A DNA stretch of 64,000 bases from Nitrososphaerota archaeon (GCA_033581555.1 JAVQSZ010000001.1:144377-208376), one strand, 5' to 3'. Positions 28,932 through 39,081 are shown, numbered from the stretch's first letter. Notes: generated by a model not told the origin, from the sequence alone. Made by a program: numbers and translations.

Positions 28932-29902
28932 CCGGCGAGCCGGTCAGAGACCTGGAGGCCCTCGTCACGGGCGTTCTCGCGGGGAGCAGGGTCCACGTGG
29001 CGAGGGCTCTCTCGCACGTCGAGTCCGGCGACTCCGTTGGGCTGGAGCTGCTGAGGAGGATAGGGCCGTCGGTCAGGGGGATACCTGTAATTGGCCTTGT
29101 AGGGCCGCCGGGAGCCGGGAAAAGCACGCTGGTCGCGAGGCTTGTCGCGGAGTTCATGTCGAGGGGCAAGAGGGTCGCGGTGCTGGCCGTGGACCCGTCG
29201 AGTCCGATCACGGGCGGCGCGGTCCTGGGCGACAGGGTCAGGCTGACCGGAGTCGTCTCCCACGACCAGGTCTTCTTCAGGAGCCTCGCGAGCAGGGGCG
29301 CACTCGGCGCGATCGCGAGGAACGTCAGGGCGATGACGAGGGTCCTCGACGCGGCGGGGTTCGACGTGATCCTGATCGAGACGGTTGGGGCCGGGCAGTC
29401 CGACGTGGAGATCATGAGCGTCGCGGACCTCGTCGTGGTCGTGGTCACCCCTGACTTCGGAGACAGCATACAGGCAGTAAAGGCGGGCCTCCTCGAGATC
29501 GGTGACCTCTACGTCGTCAACAAGTCCGACAACCCGGCGGCGAACGCGATGAAGATCACGCTGGAGAGCATGCTCACGGGGAGGAAGGGTGCGGTCGTGC
29601 TCAAGACCGTTGCAGCGACCGGGGCTGGCGTATCCGAGCTGGCGACGAGGATGCTCGCCCAGTTCGAGGAGCTCTCGAGGTCCGGCGAGCTGGAGAGGAG
29701 GAGGGCCAGGATCTTCGAGAAGGAGGTCGTCGAGGCCGCGTTGTCCGAGCTCCAGGAGTCGCTGAGGGAGCTGATGAGGTCCGAGTCGGTCACCGAGTGG
29801 TTGGGGTCAGAGATCAAGGCCGGAGCGGAGCCGAGGGACCTCGCGAGAAGGGTGATAAGGACGCTGCTGGAGAGGAAGACCGCGGAGCTCAGAGCGGGCT
29901 GA
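28928..29902 (+). CDS. meaB: MeaB/ArgK GTPase, chaperone of B12-dependent mutases (probable CTG start at 28928)
   Basis: GPPGAGKST, AVDPSS, LGDRVR, IETVGAGQS, VNKSD. Confidence 0.92.
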   Translation: MTGEPVRDLEALVTGVLAGSRVHVARALSHVESGDSVGLELLRRIGPSVRGIPVIGLVGPPGAGKSTLVARLVAEFMSRGKRVAVLAVDPSSPITGGAVLGDRVRLTGVVSHDQVFFRSLASRGALGAIARNVRAMTRVLDAAGFDVILIETVGAGQSDVEIMSVADLVVVVVTPDFGDSIQAVKAGLLEIGDLYVVNKSDNPAANAMKITLESMLTGRKGAVVLKTVAATGAGVSELATRMLAQFEELSRSGELERRRARIFEKEVVEAALSELQESLRELMRSESVTEWLGSEIKAGAEPRDLARRVIRTLLERKTAELRAG

Positions 29903-30860
29903 CGATCCCCGGTATCCTGGGGAAGGGCTGGACCTCTGCGACGTGCCTCGCGCCGACGACGTAGGCGACGAACCTCTCAACCCCTAGCCCCGCGCCCGCC
30001 GACGGCTTCAGCTTCCCCTCCATCGCGAGCCTCAGCAGGACCTCGTAGTCCTCAGGCCTGAGGCCGTCCCGCTTGATCTTCGTGAGCATCTTCTCGTAGT
30101 CGTGCTCCCTCTCGGCGCCCGAGAGGACCTCCCCGTAGCCCTCGGGCATGTAGAGGTCGTAGTTCCTCCAGGTCCCGGTCTCGAAGTCCTCGAAGTCGTA
30201 GAACTCCCTGGGTATGTCGGTGACCCAGACCGGCTCCTCGATCTTGTGGGGCAGGACCCTCTCCCACTCGGGACCATAGGCCCTCTCGAGCTCCCTCCTG
30301 CTCACGACCCTGAAGGGCGTCCCGAAGTCCCTCAGCTCCCTCCCGATCTCCCTCAGATCCTCTGAGAGCTCCGACCTGACGGCCCTGATCGCGCTCGTCA
30401 CGAGCCTCTCGTACACCCTGAAGACGTCCTCCATCCTCCCATAGGCGATCTCCGTCTCGAGCTGGGTGAACTCGTAGAGGTGCCACCCCGTCTTTCCCCT
30501 CTCCCTCTTCTCGATCCTTATGTTCGGGGAGAGGATGAAGAACTTCGGCGGCCCGAGCGAGACCAGGACCCTCTTGTGAACGATCATCGACTGCATCGTC
30601 CTGACCCTCACCCCGTAGACTTCGAGCTCCGGCCTCGTCTCGATGCTCGCGCCGGGATCCGGCCAGAGCGGGTCGGTCGTCCTTGAGAGCATCACGGGGA
30701 GCACCCACTCGAAGCCCATGTCGAGCAGCTCCTCGACCATCGACCTCAGCACCACGGTCCCCGCCCTGTAAGCGATCAATCTCCGCCTCGCGCCCATCGA
30801 CTCGACCTTAGTCAGCTCCTCGAGGAGCCCGTCGTCGACCGTCTTGGGCTTCAGCATCAC
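29889..30860 (-). CDS. archaeal asparagine synthetase (AsnRS-paralogue, AS-AR)
   Basis: TDPLWPD, SPNIRIE, HLYEFTQLE, GEVLSGAERE, GAGLGVER; no anticodon-binding domain. Confidence 0.9.
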   Translation of the reverse strand: MMLKPKTVDDGLLEELTKVESMGARRRLIAYRAGTVVLRSMVEELLDMGFEWVLPVMLSRTTDPLWPDPGASIETRPELEVYGVRVRTMQSMIVHKRVLVSLGPPKFFILSPNIRIEKRERGKTGWHLYEFTQLETEIAYGRMEDVFRVYERLVTSAIRAVRSELSEDLREIGRELRDFGTPFRVVSRRELERAYGPEWERVLPHKIEEPVWVTDIPREFYDFEDFETGTWRNYDLYMPEGYGEVLSGAEREHDYEKMLTKIKRDGLRPEDYEVLLRLAMEGKLKPSAGAGLGVERFVAYVVGARHVAEVQPFPRIPGIVSPL

Positions 30861-31112
30861 GTCCCCTCCCTGAACCGACTCTTTAATATACGTGTCGTTT
30901 GATCGGAGTTTGGCGCAAATTCACGTTGATGCAAGCCTCAAAGCCCTACTTCCTCCGGTATTTTGACGAGATCTATGATCATTTCAGTCAGATTGACAAC
31001 AATCGTCGGGCATCCAACGAATGAACCGTCCAGGTGACGAAGGGCCAGGTAAGCCACCGGGAAGTGACGCAGCTGGACTATTAATGACTCGGCGGATGGG
31101 ACGGGAGTGGGC

Positions 31113-32900
31113 ATGGGAGAGAGGTGGGTGAGGGAGCCGATAGTGGTGGTCCTCGGGCACGTCGACCACGGGAAGACCAGCCTCCTAGACAGGATGAGGG
31201 GGACGATCGTCGCGGCGAGGGAGGCCGGAGGGATCACGCAGCACATAGGCGCGAGCTTCTTCCCCTACGACGCGATCCTCGAGACCTGCAGGATGCTCCT
31301 GGGCGAGGTCAGGGCCGAGATCAAGCTGCCGGGCCTTCTCTTCATCGACACGCCTGGCCACGCGGCCTTCGCTAACCTGAGGAGGAGGGGAGGCTCGGTC
31401 GCGGACATGGCGATCCTCGTGGTCGACGCGATCCAGGGCGTCCAGGAGCAGACCGTCGAGAGCGTACAGCTCCTCAGGTCGAGGAGGACGCCGTTCGTCG
31501 TGGCGCTCAACAAGGTCGACCTGATCCCGGGGTGGAAACCGGTCCCGGGCGCGCCGCTGAAGGAAACGCTCTCGAGGCAGCACCAGAAGGCCGTCGAGGA
31601 GCTCGAAAAGAGGACCTACGCGCTGGTCGGCGAGCTGGCGAGGTACGGCTTCACCGCGGACCTCTACACCAGGATCAGGGACTTCACGAGGACGCTCGCG
31701 GTGGTCCCGGTCAGCGCTAAGACCGGCGAGGGCGTACCAGATCTCCTCCTCCTGATGATCGGACTGGCCCAGGCCTACATGACCAAGAGGCTAGAGGTCT
31801 CGGAGGACGAAATCGAGGGCGTGGTCCTCGAGGTCGTTGAGGAGGTCGGGCTCGGGGCGACGGCGAACGTAATCCTCAGCTCCGGGGTCCTAAGGGAAGG
31901 CGACAGGGTCGTGATGATGGGGAGGAGGGGCCCGGTCGTCGCGAAGGTCAGGGCCCTTCTGCTCCCCAAACCCCTAGACGAGATGAGGGACCCGCGGGAC
32001 GTCTTCAAGCGGGTCGAGTCGGTCAGGGCAGCGGCGGGCGTGAAGTTAGTCGCCGAGGGTCTCGACGAGGTCTACCCTGGCTCACCGGTCTTTGGGCTGA
32101 GGCGCGACGAGGACCTGGGCGCCGCGGTCGAGAGGCTACAGGAGGAGCTCGAGGAGTTCAGGATCACGACCGACAGGATAGGTGTCGTCGCGAAGGCTGA
32201 CACGCTCGGGTCGCTGGAGGTCCTCGTCAACTACCTGAGGGAGCGCGGGGTCCCGATAAGGCTGGCGGACATAGGCGACGTCTCGAAGAGGGACGTAGTC
32301 GAGGCGGAGGTGGTCCACATGAAGGACAAGTACCTCGGGAACGTGATCGCGTTCAACGTCGACGTCGACAAGGAGATCGAGCTTGAGGCGAACAGCAGGG
32401 GCATCAGGATCTTCAGGGGCGAGGTCCTCTTCAGGCTGGTCGACGAATACCTGAACTGGGTCGCGGAGAGAAAGAGGGAAGAGGAGGAGGCGGAGTTCGG
32501 GAAGCTCGTGAAGCCGGGGAAGATCAAGTTCCTCGAGGGCTTCGTCTTCAGGAGGAGCGACCCCGCGATATTCGGCGTCGAAGTCCTCGCGGGCGAGATC
32601 GCGCCCGGCGTGAAGCTGGTCAACTCGTCCGGAAGGCAGGTCGGCGACGTGCACCAGATCCAGGAGATGGGCAGGCCGCTCCCAAGGGCCACCGCGGGCA
32701 TGAAGGTCGCGATCTCGATCAGGGGCGTTACCGTGGGCAGGCAGGTGAAGGAGGGCGAGACGCTGTACGTCCTGGTCCCGGAGAGGGACGCCAGGCTCCT
32801 GGTCACGAAGTTTTCGTCTAAGCTCGACGAGCATTCCCTGAGGGCGCTCGAGGAGCTGATCGGGCTGATGAGGAAGGTCGACCCGCTCTGGGCAAGGTGA
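31113..32900 (+). CDS. infB: translation initiation factor aIF5B/IF-2
   Basis: GHVDHGKT, GGITQHIGA, DTPGH, NKVD, KADTLGSLE. Confidence 0.96.
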   Translation: MGERWVREPIVVVLGHVDHGKTSLLDRMRGTIVAAREAGGITQHIGASFFPYDAILETCRMLLGEVRAEIKLPGLLFIDTPGHAAFANLRRRGGSVADMAILVVDAIQGVQEQTVESVQLLRSRRTPFVVALNKVDLIPGWKPVPGAPLKETLSRQHQKAVEELEKRTYALVGELARYGFTADLYTRIRDFTRTLAVVPVSAKTGEGVPDLLLLMIGLAQAYMTKRLEVSEDEIEGVVLEVVEEVGLGATANVILSSGVLREGDRVVMMGRRGPVVAKVRALLLPKPLDEMRDPRDVFKRVESVRAAAGVKLVAEGLDEVYPGSPVFGLRRDEDLGAAVERLQEELEEFRITTDRIGVVAKADTLGSLEVLVNYLRERGVPIRLADIGDVSKRDVVEAEVVHMKDKYLGNVIAFNVDVDKEIELEANSRGIRIFRGEVLFRLVDEYLNWVAERKREEEEAEFGKLVKPGKIKFLEGFVFRRSDPAIFGVEVLAGEIAPGVKLVNSSGRQVGDVHQIQEMGRPLPRATAGMKVAISIRGVTVGRQVKEGETLYVLVPERDARLLVTKFSSKLDEHSLRALEELIGLMRKVDPLWAR

Positions 32901-34300
32901 CCATGCGCCGGGCCGATCCGGAGGTCCTGGCAGAGGTCCTGAGGGCCGCCGAGGGGATTGCTGTCCCAACCCGCGATGAGGAGGAGAGACTGAGCTCGGT
33001 CGCGGAGAGGGTCCTCGGGGCCGTGAGGTCTTCCTTCTCCGGGGTCGAGGGTTACCTCGGGGCTTCGGTGGAGGGGTCGGCGGCTAAGGGCACCTGGGTA
33101 AGGTCGAGGCCCGAGGTCGACGTCTTCGTGATGTTTTCTCCCGAGATCCCGGGGGAGAGGCTCGAGGAGCTGGTCGTGACGCGCGGTATCGCCGCGCTCG
33201 AGTCTGTCGGGGCCTCGTGGAGGCTCAGGTACGCCGAGCACCCCTACGTCGAGGGCTTCCTCTCCGGCGTCGGTGTGAACGTGGTCGGGTGCTACGAGGT
33301 CGAGAGGGGGAGGTGGATAAGCGCGGTCGACAGGACCCCCTACCACACCGCGTACGTCTCCTCGAGGCTCGACGAGAGGCTCAGGAGGGAGGTGAGGCTC
33401 GCGAAGGCCTTCGCGATGGGGATCGGCGTCTACGGGGCCGAGATCAAGGTCGGGGGGTTCAGCGGGTACCTGATGGAGCTGCTGGTCCTGAGGTCCGGAG
33501 GTTTCATCGAGCTGCTCGAGGACGCCTCCCGTTGGAGGCCGCCGAAGGTGATCGAGATGACCGGCGAGCTGAGCGAGGAGAGGGCGCTCGTGCTCTTCCA
33601 GAACAGCCCGCTGATAGTCACGGACCCCGTCGACCCCAGGAGGAACGTCGCGTCCGCGGTCACCCTTACAAAGCTCTCGGAATTCGTCCTCGCGGCGAAG
33701 CTCTTCCTCGCGAGGCCCTCGCTGGATTTCTTCGCACCTCCGAGACCTAGGCGCCCAGAGGCTTGGAGGGAGGTGATTGCGATCAGGTTCGACAGGCCGC
33801 AGGGCCTACCCGTCGACACGCTCTGGGGCGAGGCCCTGAAGTTCGCAAGGAGCGTCGCGTCGAGTCTCTCGAGGGAGGGCTTCGAGGTGAGGAGGTGGGC
33901 GGTGGAGGGCACGGAGGACTCGGTCCTCGTCCTCTTAGAGCTCGACCGCCTCGAGCTCCCGACCTTCGCGTTGAGGGAAGGGCCTCCGGTGTGGCTAGAG
34001 AACGCGCTCGACTTCGTCGAGAGGCACGCCTCGGACCCGCTCACGGCCGCAGGGCCCTGGGTCGACGGCGAGCGGCTCTACGTCCTCAAGAGGAGGGAGG
34101 CGAGGGGGGCGGTGGAGCTGACGAGGCGCTGGCTCGAGGGGAGGTCGGTCTCGGTCCCGAGGGACCTCGATGGTCCTCTGAGGAGGGCAGAGGTAGTCGC
34201 GCTGGACCGCGACGCCGCGAACAGGCTCGACTCGATGGGGTTCGGGCAGTTCATCGACTCCTTCCTCGACGGGAGGCCTCCGTTCCTCAGGGCGAGATGA
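32897..34300 (+). CDS. cca: CCA-adding enzyme (class I)
   Basis: GSAAKGTW, VDVFV, YAEHPY, SAVDRTPYH, GFSGY, DPVDPRRNVA. Confidence 0.95.
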   Translation: MTMRRADPEVLAEVLRAAEGIAVPTRDEEERLSSVAERVLGAVRSSFSGVEGYLGASVEGSAAKGTWVRSRPEVDVFVMFSPEIPGERLEELVVTRGIAALESVGASWRLRYAEHPYVEGFLSGVGVNVVGCYEVERGRWISAVDRTPYHTAYVSSRLDERLRREVRLAKAFAMGIGVYGAEIKVGGFSGYLMELLVLRSGGFIELLEDASRWRPPKVIEMTGELSEERALVLFQNSPLIVTDPVDPRRNVASAVTLTKLSEFVLAAKLFLARPSLDFFAPPRPRRPEAWREVIAIRFDRPQGLPVDTLWGEALKFARSVASSLSREGFEVRRWAVEGTEDSVLVLLELDRLELPTFALREGPPVWLENALDFVERHASDPLTAAGPWVDGERLYVLKRREARGAVELTRRWLEGRSVSVPRDLDGPLRRAEVVALDRDAANRLDSMGFGQFIDSFLDGRPPFLRAR

Positions 34301-35031
34301 AGTGGAGGGCTCTGAGCCAGCTCAGCGAGGACGCCAGGTCGCTCTCCTACCCTCGAGGCAACGCCGGCTACGCGTCCCGGGTCGTCGCCGACCTCACGTC
34401 GCTGGGCGTCGAAGAGGTCGCGGTCTCCGACGAGGGAAGGCCCCTGATGCTAGGGAAGGGCTTCAGGAACGCGGTCTTCCTCGTGAGGAGGGGCGGAGAG
34501 GCCCTCGCGGCGAAGGTCAGGCGCGACGACTGGCCCCACGACGACGTCTGGAGGGAGGCGAGAGTCCACGGCGCTGCGAACGCGGTCGGAGTGGGTCCGC
34601 GGCTTCGAGGCTCCGCGGGCAGGGTTCTGCTCATGGAGGTCGTCGAGGGGACCAAGCTAGCCGACTGGCTGCCAGCAGCTGGCTGGGAGGAGGTCGTCGC
34701 GGTGCTCGGGTCCCTGTTGAGGCAGTGCAGGGCCCTAGACGCAGCTGGGATCGACCACGGCGAGCTCAGCGACCCCTCGAAGCACGTCGTGATAACCCGA
34801 GGGAGCTCGGTCGTGATCATCGACTTCGGCTCGGCCCGGTTCGCACTGAGGCCGAAGAACGTTACCTCGATCGCGGGCTTCATCGCAAGGCGCCTCGCGA
34901 GGGACGCGCTCCTTCGGGCGGGGCTCAACCCATCGGTCGAGCCCGAGGTCCTGAGGAGGTACAAGCGGACGCTCTCCGAGGAGGACTTCCTCGCGGTCCT
35001 CAGGTCGATTGGTCTGGAGCGCGGGCGATGA
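34297..35031 (+). CDS. RIO-like Ser/Thr protein kinase
   Basis: LGKGFRNAV, AAKVRR, LLMEVVEG, IDHGELS, IIDFGS; ATGA overlap with cca. Confidence 0.85.
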   Translation: MKWRALSQLSEDARSLSYPRGNAGYASRVVADLTSLGVEEVAVSDEGRPLMLGKGFRNAVFLVRRGGEALAAKVRRDDWPHDDVWREARVHGAANAVGVGPRLRGSAGRVLLMEVVEGTKLADWLPAAGWEEVVAVLGSLLRQCRALDAAGIDHGELSDPSKHVVITRGSSVVIIDFGSARFALRPKNVTSIAGFIARRLARDALLRAGLNPSVEPEVLRRYKRTLSEEDFLAVLRSIGLERGR

Positions 35032-35051
35032 TTTTTCGGGCGGTCCAGTGA

Positions 35052-35825
35052 TTGGACTACGGGTTGGTGAGGCTGGAGGAAGTCGTGGCCGGGCTCCCTC
35101 CCACCGTGAGGCTCTACCTCGATGACTCGTACCTCAGGGAGGCGAGGGCGAGGGTGCTGAGATACGTCCCCGAGACGAAGTCCTCAGGATACGTCGTCCT
35201 CGACAGGACCGTGATGCACCCGAAGGGAGGAGGCCAGCCGACTGACACAGGGCGAATACAGGGTGAGGGCGCGGAGTTCGTCGTCAGGAAGGTCCTCGAG
35301 CTGGGCGACGTCGTCGTCCACTACGGCAAGCTGGCCTCGGGTTCCGGGCTCGAGGGCGAGGTCACGGTGGAGCTGGACTGGGAGCAGAGGTACTCGGTGA
35401 TGAGGCACCACACCGCGGGCCACGTCCTCGACTACGCGGTCCTGGAGGTCCTTGGGGAGGAGGGGCTGACGTCGGCCTCGGCGTTCCACGGTCCACCGGA
35501 GAGCTACATCGAGTTCGAGGGACCCCCGAGGCAGATGGACCTGAGGGCCCTCGAGGAGGTGGCGAACGAAGTCGTGAGGCAGGACAGGCGGGTCTTCCCG
35601 GTTTACGTCGGGCCCGAGAGGCTGAGGGAGGTGGTCATGGGCGCGTTCAACCTGAACAGGCTGCCGAGGGCCGAGAGGTACAGGGTGGTCGTGATAGAGG
35701 GCGTCAACGCGATCCCTTGCGGCGGAACCCACGTCTCGAGGACCTCCGAGGTCGGGAGGGTGAGGGTGACGGGCCTCGAGCCCTCGCAGGTCGGGTTCAA
35801 GCTCCTCTACAGGGTCGAGACTTGA
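35052..35825 (+). CDS. AlaX (AlaXM) tRNA-editing protein
   Basis: LYLDDSY, GGGQP.D.G, MRHHTAGH, CGGTH. Confidence 0.92.
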   Translation: MDYGLVRLEEVVAGLPPTVRLYLDDSYLREARARVLRYVPETKSSGYVVLDRTVMHPKGGGQPTDTGRIQGEGAEFVVRKVLELGDVVVHYGKLASGSGLEGEVTVELDWEQRYSVMRHHTAGHVLDYAVLEVLGEEGLTSASAFHGPPESYIEFEGPPRQMDLRALEEVANEVVRQDRRVFPVYVGPERLREVVMGAFNLNRLPRAERYRVVVIEGVNAIPCGGTHVSRTSEVGRVRVTGLEPSQVGFKLLYRVET

Positions 35826-37435
35826 CCGAGCCCGACCGGACGTTTGGAACCTTCGCCAGGGTCTGCGGCATCCTCGAGTCCACCCCATCTAGGTCCGAGA
35901 AGGTGAGGATAGCGGCCCAGTACCTGAAGTCCTTGGACCCGGACGACGCCGCGGTCGCGGCCATGCTGATAATCGGGAGGACAGTTAGGGAGAGGGAGAG
36001 GGACCTCGCGGCCATAGGCTGGAGCGCGCTGAGCTCGGCCCTCAGGTCAGTGGGACAGAGCGTCCTCCTGGAACACAGGCCCTTGACGGTCTCGGAGGTC
36101 TGGTCGACGCTCGAGGGGCTAAAGGCCCACACTGGTCCCGGCTCGAGAGAGAAGAAGGTCAGGGTCCTCTCTGCGCTCCTCAGCAGGTGCGACGAGCTCG
36201 AGAGGGAGTGGCTCCTCAGGATCCTCTCAGGCGAGATGAGGCACGGAGTCAGCCACGGCCTGATGCTAGAGGTGGCCTCGAGGCTCTCCTCCACCGACCT
36301 CGAGGAGGTGACGATCGCGGACATGCTGTTGGGCGACGTCGGCGAGTTGGTCCGTAGGGCGCTCACGGGGACGCTCAAGGAGGTGGGGCTCGAGCCGATG
36401 AGGCCGGTCAGGCCGATGCTGGCGGAGATGGCATATGACCCTTCAGAGATCCTCGCAGCCCACGGGGGGAGGACGCTCGTCGAGCCGAAGATGGACGGCG
36501 TCAGGGTCCAGGTCCACCGGAGGTCAGGGGAGGTGAGGGTCTTCACGAGGAGGCTAAAGGACGTCACCCACGCGCTCCCGGAGGTCGTCGAGGAGGTCTC
36601 CGGGTCGGTGAGGTGGGACGAGTTCATCCTCGACGGCGAGGTCGTCGCGATCGACGAGTGGGGAAACCCGCTGCCCTTCCAGGAGACGATGAGGAGGGTC
36701 GGGAGGGAGAGGAGCGTGGAGGAGGTGGCGCCGCTCGTGCCGGTCAGGCTCTGGGTCTTCGACGTGATCTTCGCGGACGGCCGCCCGACGATAACTCGGC
36801 CGCTCTCGGAGAGGAGGAGGGCCCTCGAGTCCGCGGTCGACCCCGAGCTCCTCACGCCTGCCAGGATCTGTGCGACGAAGGCCGATGTCGAGGAGGCCCT
36901 CGAAGAGGCCCTGAGGAAGGGGCACGAAGGGGTGATCGCGAAGGACCCCGAGAGCAGGTACTACCCCGGAAGGAGGGGCGCGAGGTGGCTGAAGCTGAAG
37001 CCCTCGGAGACGCTGGACGTGGTGATCGTGGCCGCGGAGTGGGGCCACGGCAGGAGGTCCGGATGGCTCTCCAACTACCACCTGGCCGTGAGGGACGAAT
37101 CCAGGGGAGGATACGCGGTCGTCGGGAAGACCTTCAAGGGCCTCACCGACGAGGAGTTCGAGCGGATGACGAGGAGGCTCCTCGAGCTCAGGACCTCCGA
37201 ACATCCCTGGGGGGTTGAGGTGCGGCCCGAGGTGGTCGTCGAGGTCGCCTTCAACGAGGTCCAGCGGAGCCCCAGGTACGAGTCAGGCTACGCCCTCAGG
37301 TTCGCGAGGGTCGTCAGAGTGAGGGACGACAAGAGCCCCGAGGAGGTCTCGACGCTCTCCGAAGTCGCGGACGTCTACCGCAGGCAGTTCCTGGGCAAGG
37401 GGAGGCTTGACCTGAGTCGCCTGCCGTCCGATTGA
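35822..37435 (+). CDS. second ATP-dependent DNA ligase
   Basis: PMLA, EPKMDGVRVQ, ILDGE, VFDVI, EGVIAK, WLKLK, LRFAR; TTGA overlap with alaX. Confidence 0.92.
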   Translation: MTEPDRTFGTFARVCGILESTPSRSEKVRIAAQYLKSLDPDDAAVAAMLIIGRTVRERERDLAAIGWSALSSALRSVGQSVLLEHRPLTVSEVWSTLEGLKAHTGPGSREKKVRVLSALLSRCDELEREWLLRILSGEMRHGVSHGLMLEVASRLSSTDLEEVTIADMLLGDVGELVRRALTGTLKEVGLEPMRPVRPMLAEMAYDPSEILAAHGGRTLVEPKMDGVRVQVHRRSGEVRVFTRRLKDVTHALPEVVEEVSGSVRWDEFILDGEVVAIDEWGNPLPFQETMRRVGRERSVEEVAPLVPVRLWVFDVIFADGRPTITRPLSERRRALESAVDPELLTPARICATKADVEEALEEALRKGHEGVIAKDPESRYYPGRRGARWLKLKPSETLDVVIVAAEWGHGRRSGWLSNYHLAVRDESRGGYAVVGKTFKGLTDEEFERMTRRLLELRTSEHPWGVEVRPEVVVEVAFNEVQRSPRYESGYALRFARVVRVRDDKSPEEVSTLSEVADVYRRQFLGKGRLDLSRLPSD

Positions 37436-37467
37436 GTCGAGCCCATCCCGAAGGGCTCCCGTTCGCT

Positions 37468-38316
37468 TCAGAGCCTGATCGACGCCAGGAGCGCGATCGA
37501 GACCGTCGCGAGCCATGGCGAGGAGGCCTTGAACGACCTCCACGCGAGCTGCGGGTCCGGACTCCTGAGGAGCCTCAGGCTGTAGAGCGCGAAGGGTGCG
37601 GTGAGAGGCAGGGAGGCGAGCACGTAGACGGTCGGCGACGGGACGACGAGCGCCCCAGCGGCCCAGACCGGCAGCGCGGAGAGGTTCGAGAGCGCGGTTA
37701 TCCTCGAGGCCCTCTCGACTCCGACCCTCACCGGGAGCATCGGGAGCCCCGCGGCCCTGTACTCCTCGACGCCCCTTATCGCGAGAGCCCAGAAATGACC
37801 CGGGGTCCAGAGGAAGACCAGGACGGCCAGCAGGACAGCCGGCAGGCCTATCTCGCCTGTGGCTGCGGCCCAACCGGCCAGCGGAGGGAAGCTCCCTGCG
37901 ACTCCTCCTATCACCACGTTCCAGACCGTCCTCCTCTTCAGGAGCAAAGTGTAAACGACGACGTAGAACAGCATGCCCGAAGCGATGAACAGCGTCGCGA
38001 GCGGGTTCAGGGCGAGCCAGGAGAGGGCGAGCGAGGCGGTCGAGCTTACAAGCCCCAAGACCAGCGCCGCCCTTCTGGAGACCCTTCCTGAAGGGAGCGG
38101 CCTCCGCGAAGTCCTCCTCATCCTCGAGTCCAGGTCAACATCGAGGTAGTTGTTCAGCGCCGTAGACCCGCCTGCTGCGAGGTAGCCGGCTGCGGAGAGT
38201 GCGACCGCACCGAGAGAGCCTCCTCCTGCTGCGAAGTAGCAGACTAGGGCCGTGAGAACGTTCAAGAGGGCGATCTTAGGCTTGGTCAGCGAGACGTAGT
38301 CTCTCAGGCTAGCCAT
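37468..38316 (-). CDS. cyoE: heme o synthase (protoheme IX farnesyltransferase)
   Basis: LTKPKI, NNYLDVDLD..MRRT..RPLPSG, LKRRT.WN, WTPGHFWAL. Confidence 0.93.
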   Translation of the reverse strand: MASLRDYVSLTKPKIALLNVLTALVCYFAAGGGSLGAVALSAAGYLAAGGSTALNNYLDVDLDSRMRRTSRRPLPSGRVSRRAALVLGLVSSTASLALSWLALNPLATLFIASGMLFYVVVYTLLLKRRTVWNVVIGGVAGSFPPLAGWAAATGEIGLPAVLLAVLVFLWTPGHFWALAIRGVEEYRAAGLPMLPVRVGVERASRITALSNLSALPVWAAGALVVPSPTVYVLASLPLTAPFALYSLRLLRSPDPQLAWRSFKASSPWLATVSIALLASIRL

Positions 38317-38454
38317 TCGTCGGCGTCCTACCTGCTGCGGTATTAAAACCGGACCCGTCAACGCGTCCCGTTCGGTTAGCTCGGAGAGGCGGCCCGCGCG
38401 TCCGATCCACACGGTGCGAGCAGCGCCCGACGGCCCACGGAATTCTGCCCCGAT

Positions 38455-39081
38455 TCAGCCCTCTTCCGGCACGCCCTCGTCCGTCCGCCGAGGAGCCTCG
38501 GGGGAGCTGAGCGAGGCTATCGCCCTCATGAGCTCCTGCCTGTCGACCTCGACCTTCGACCTCCACCCCACGACCAAGGCGTCGTCCTCGGTCCTGACGA
38601 GGTATCCGCGCCTCACCAACCTCTCCAGGACGCTCTCGACCCTCCACTTCTGGTACTTGGCTTCGAGGAGCTCTACGACCTGCTTGTAGGGCGCCCTCTC
38701 GTTGTTCGCGAAGAGATATGCCAGCGTCACCGCGAGGATCGCGACCTCGTCGATCGAGTAGCCCATCGTCCCGAGGTCGTAGAGCGAGAGCGGCTCCGCG
38801 ACGACGACGTAGTACCTGACCCTGTCTGGGTCATCGGCTCCCTCCTCCGGCACGGCCCTGACCTTCAAGCCCACCCTCCTGAGCCTCGCGTCCGCGGCCT
38901 CCAGCACCCTCTGGTAGTTCCTCCCGAGCCTCCTCCTCAGCTCCCACCCCCTTACGCCGGGCTGCCTGTGCCCCGCGGTCAGCATCATCGCGACCGCTAA
39001 GGCGACCTTCCTCTCCAGCTTCGTGAGCTCCGGCGACTCCTCTGGCCTAACCTGCGGCTCCGACTCCAAGCCGACCCCCAC
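38455..39081 (-). CDS. tandem winged-helix protein, kite (Nse1/ScpB/MksE)-like
   Basis: Two wH-like halves; LERLVRRGYL...VGWRSKVEV resembles the Nse1 C-terminal wH end. Confidence 0.55.
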   Translation of the reverse strand: MGVGLESEPQVRPEESPELTKLERKVALAVAMMLTAGHRQPGVRGWELRRRLGRNYQRVLEAADARLRRVGLKVRAVPEEGADDPDRVRYYVVVAEPLSLYDLGTMGYSIDEVAILAVTLAYLFANNERAPYKQVVELLEAKYQKWRVESVLERLVRRGYLVRTEDDALVVGWRSKVEVDRQELMRAIASLSSPEAPRRTDEGVPEEG

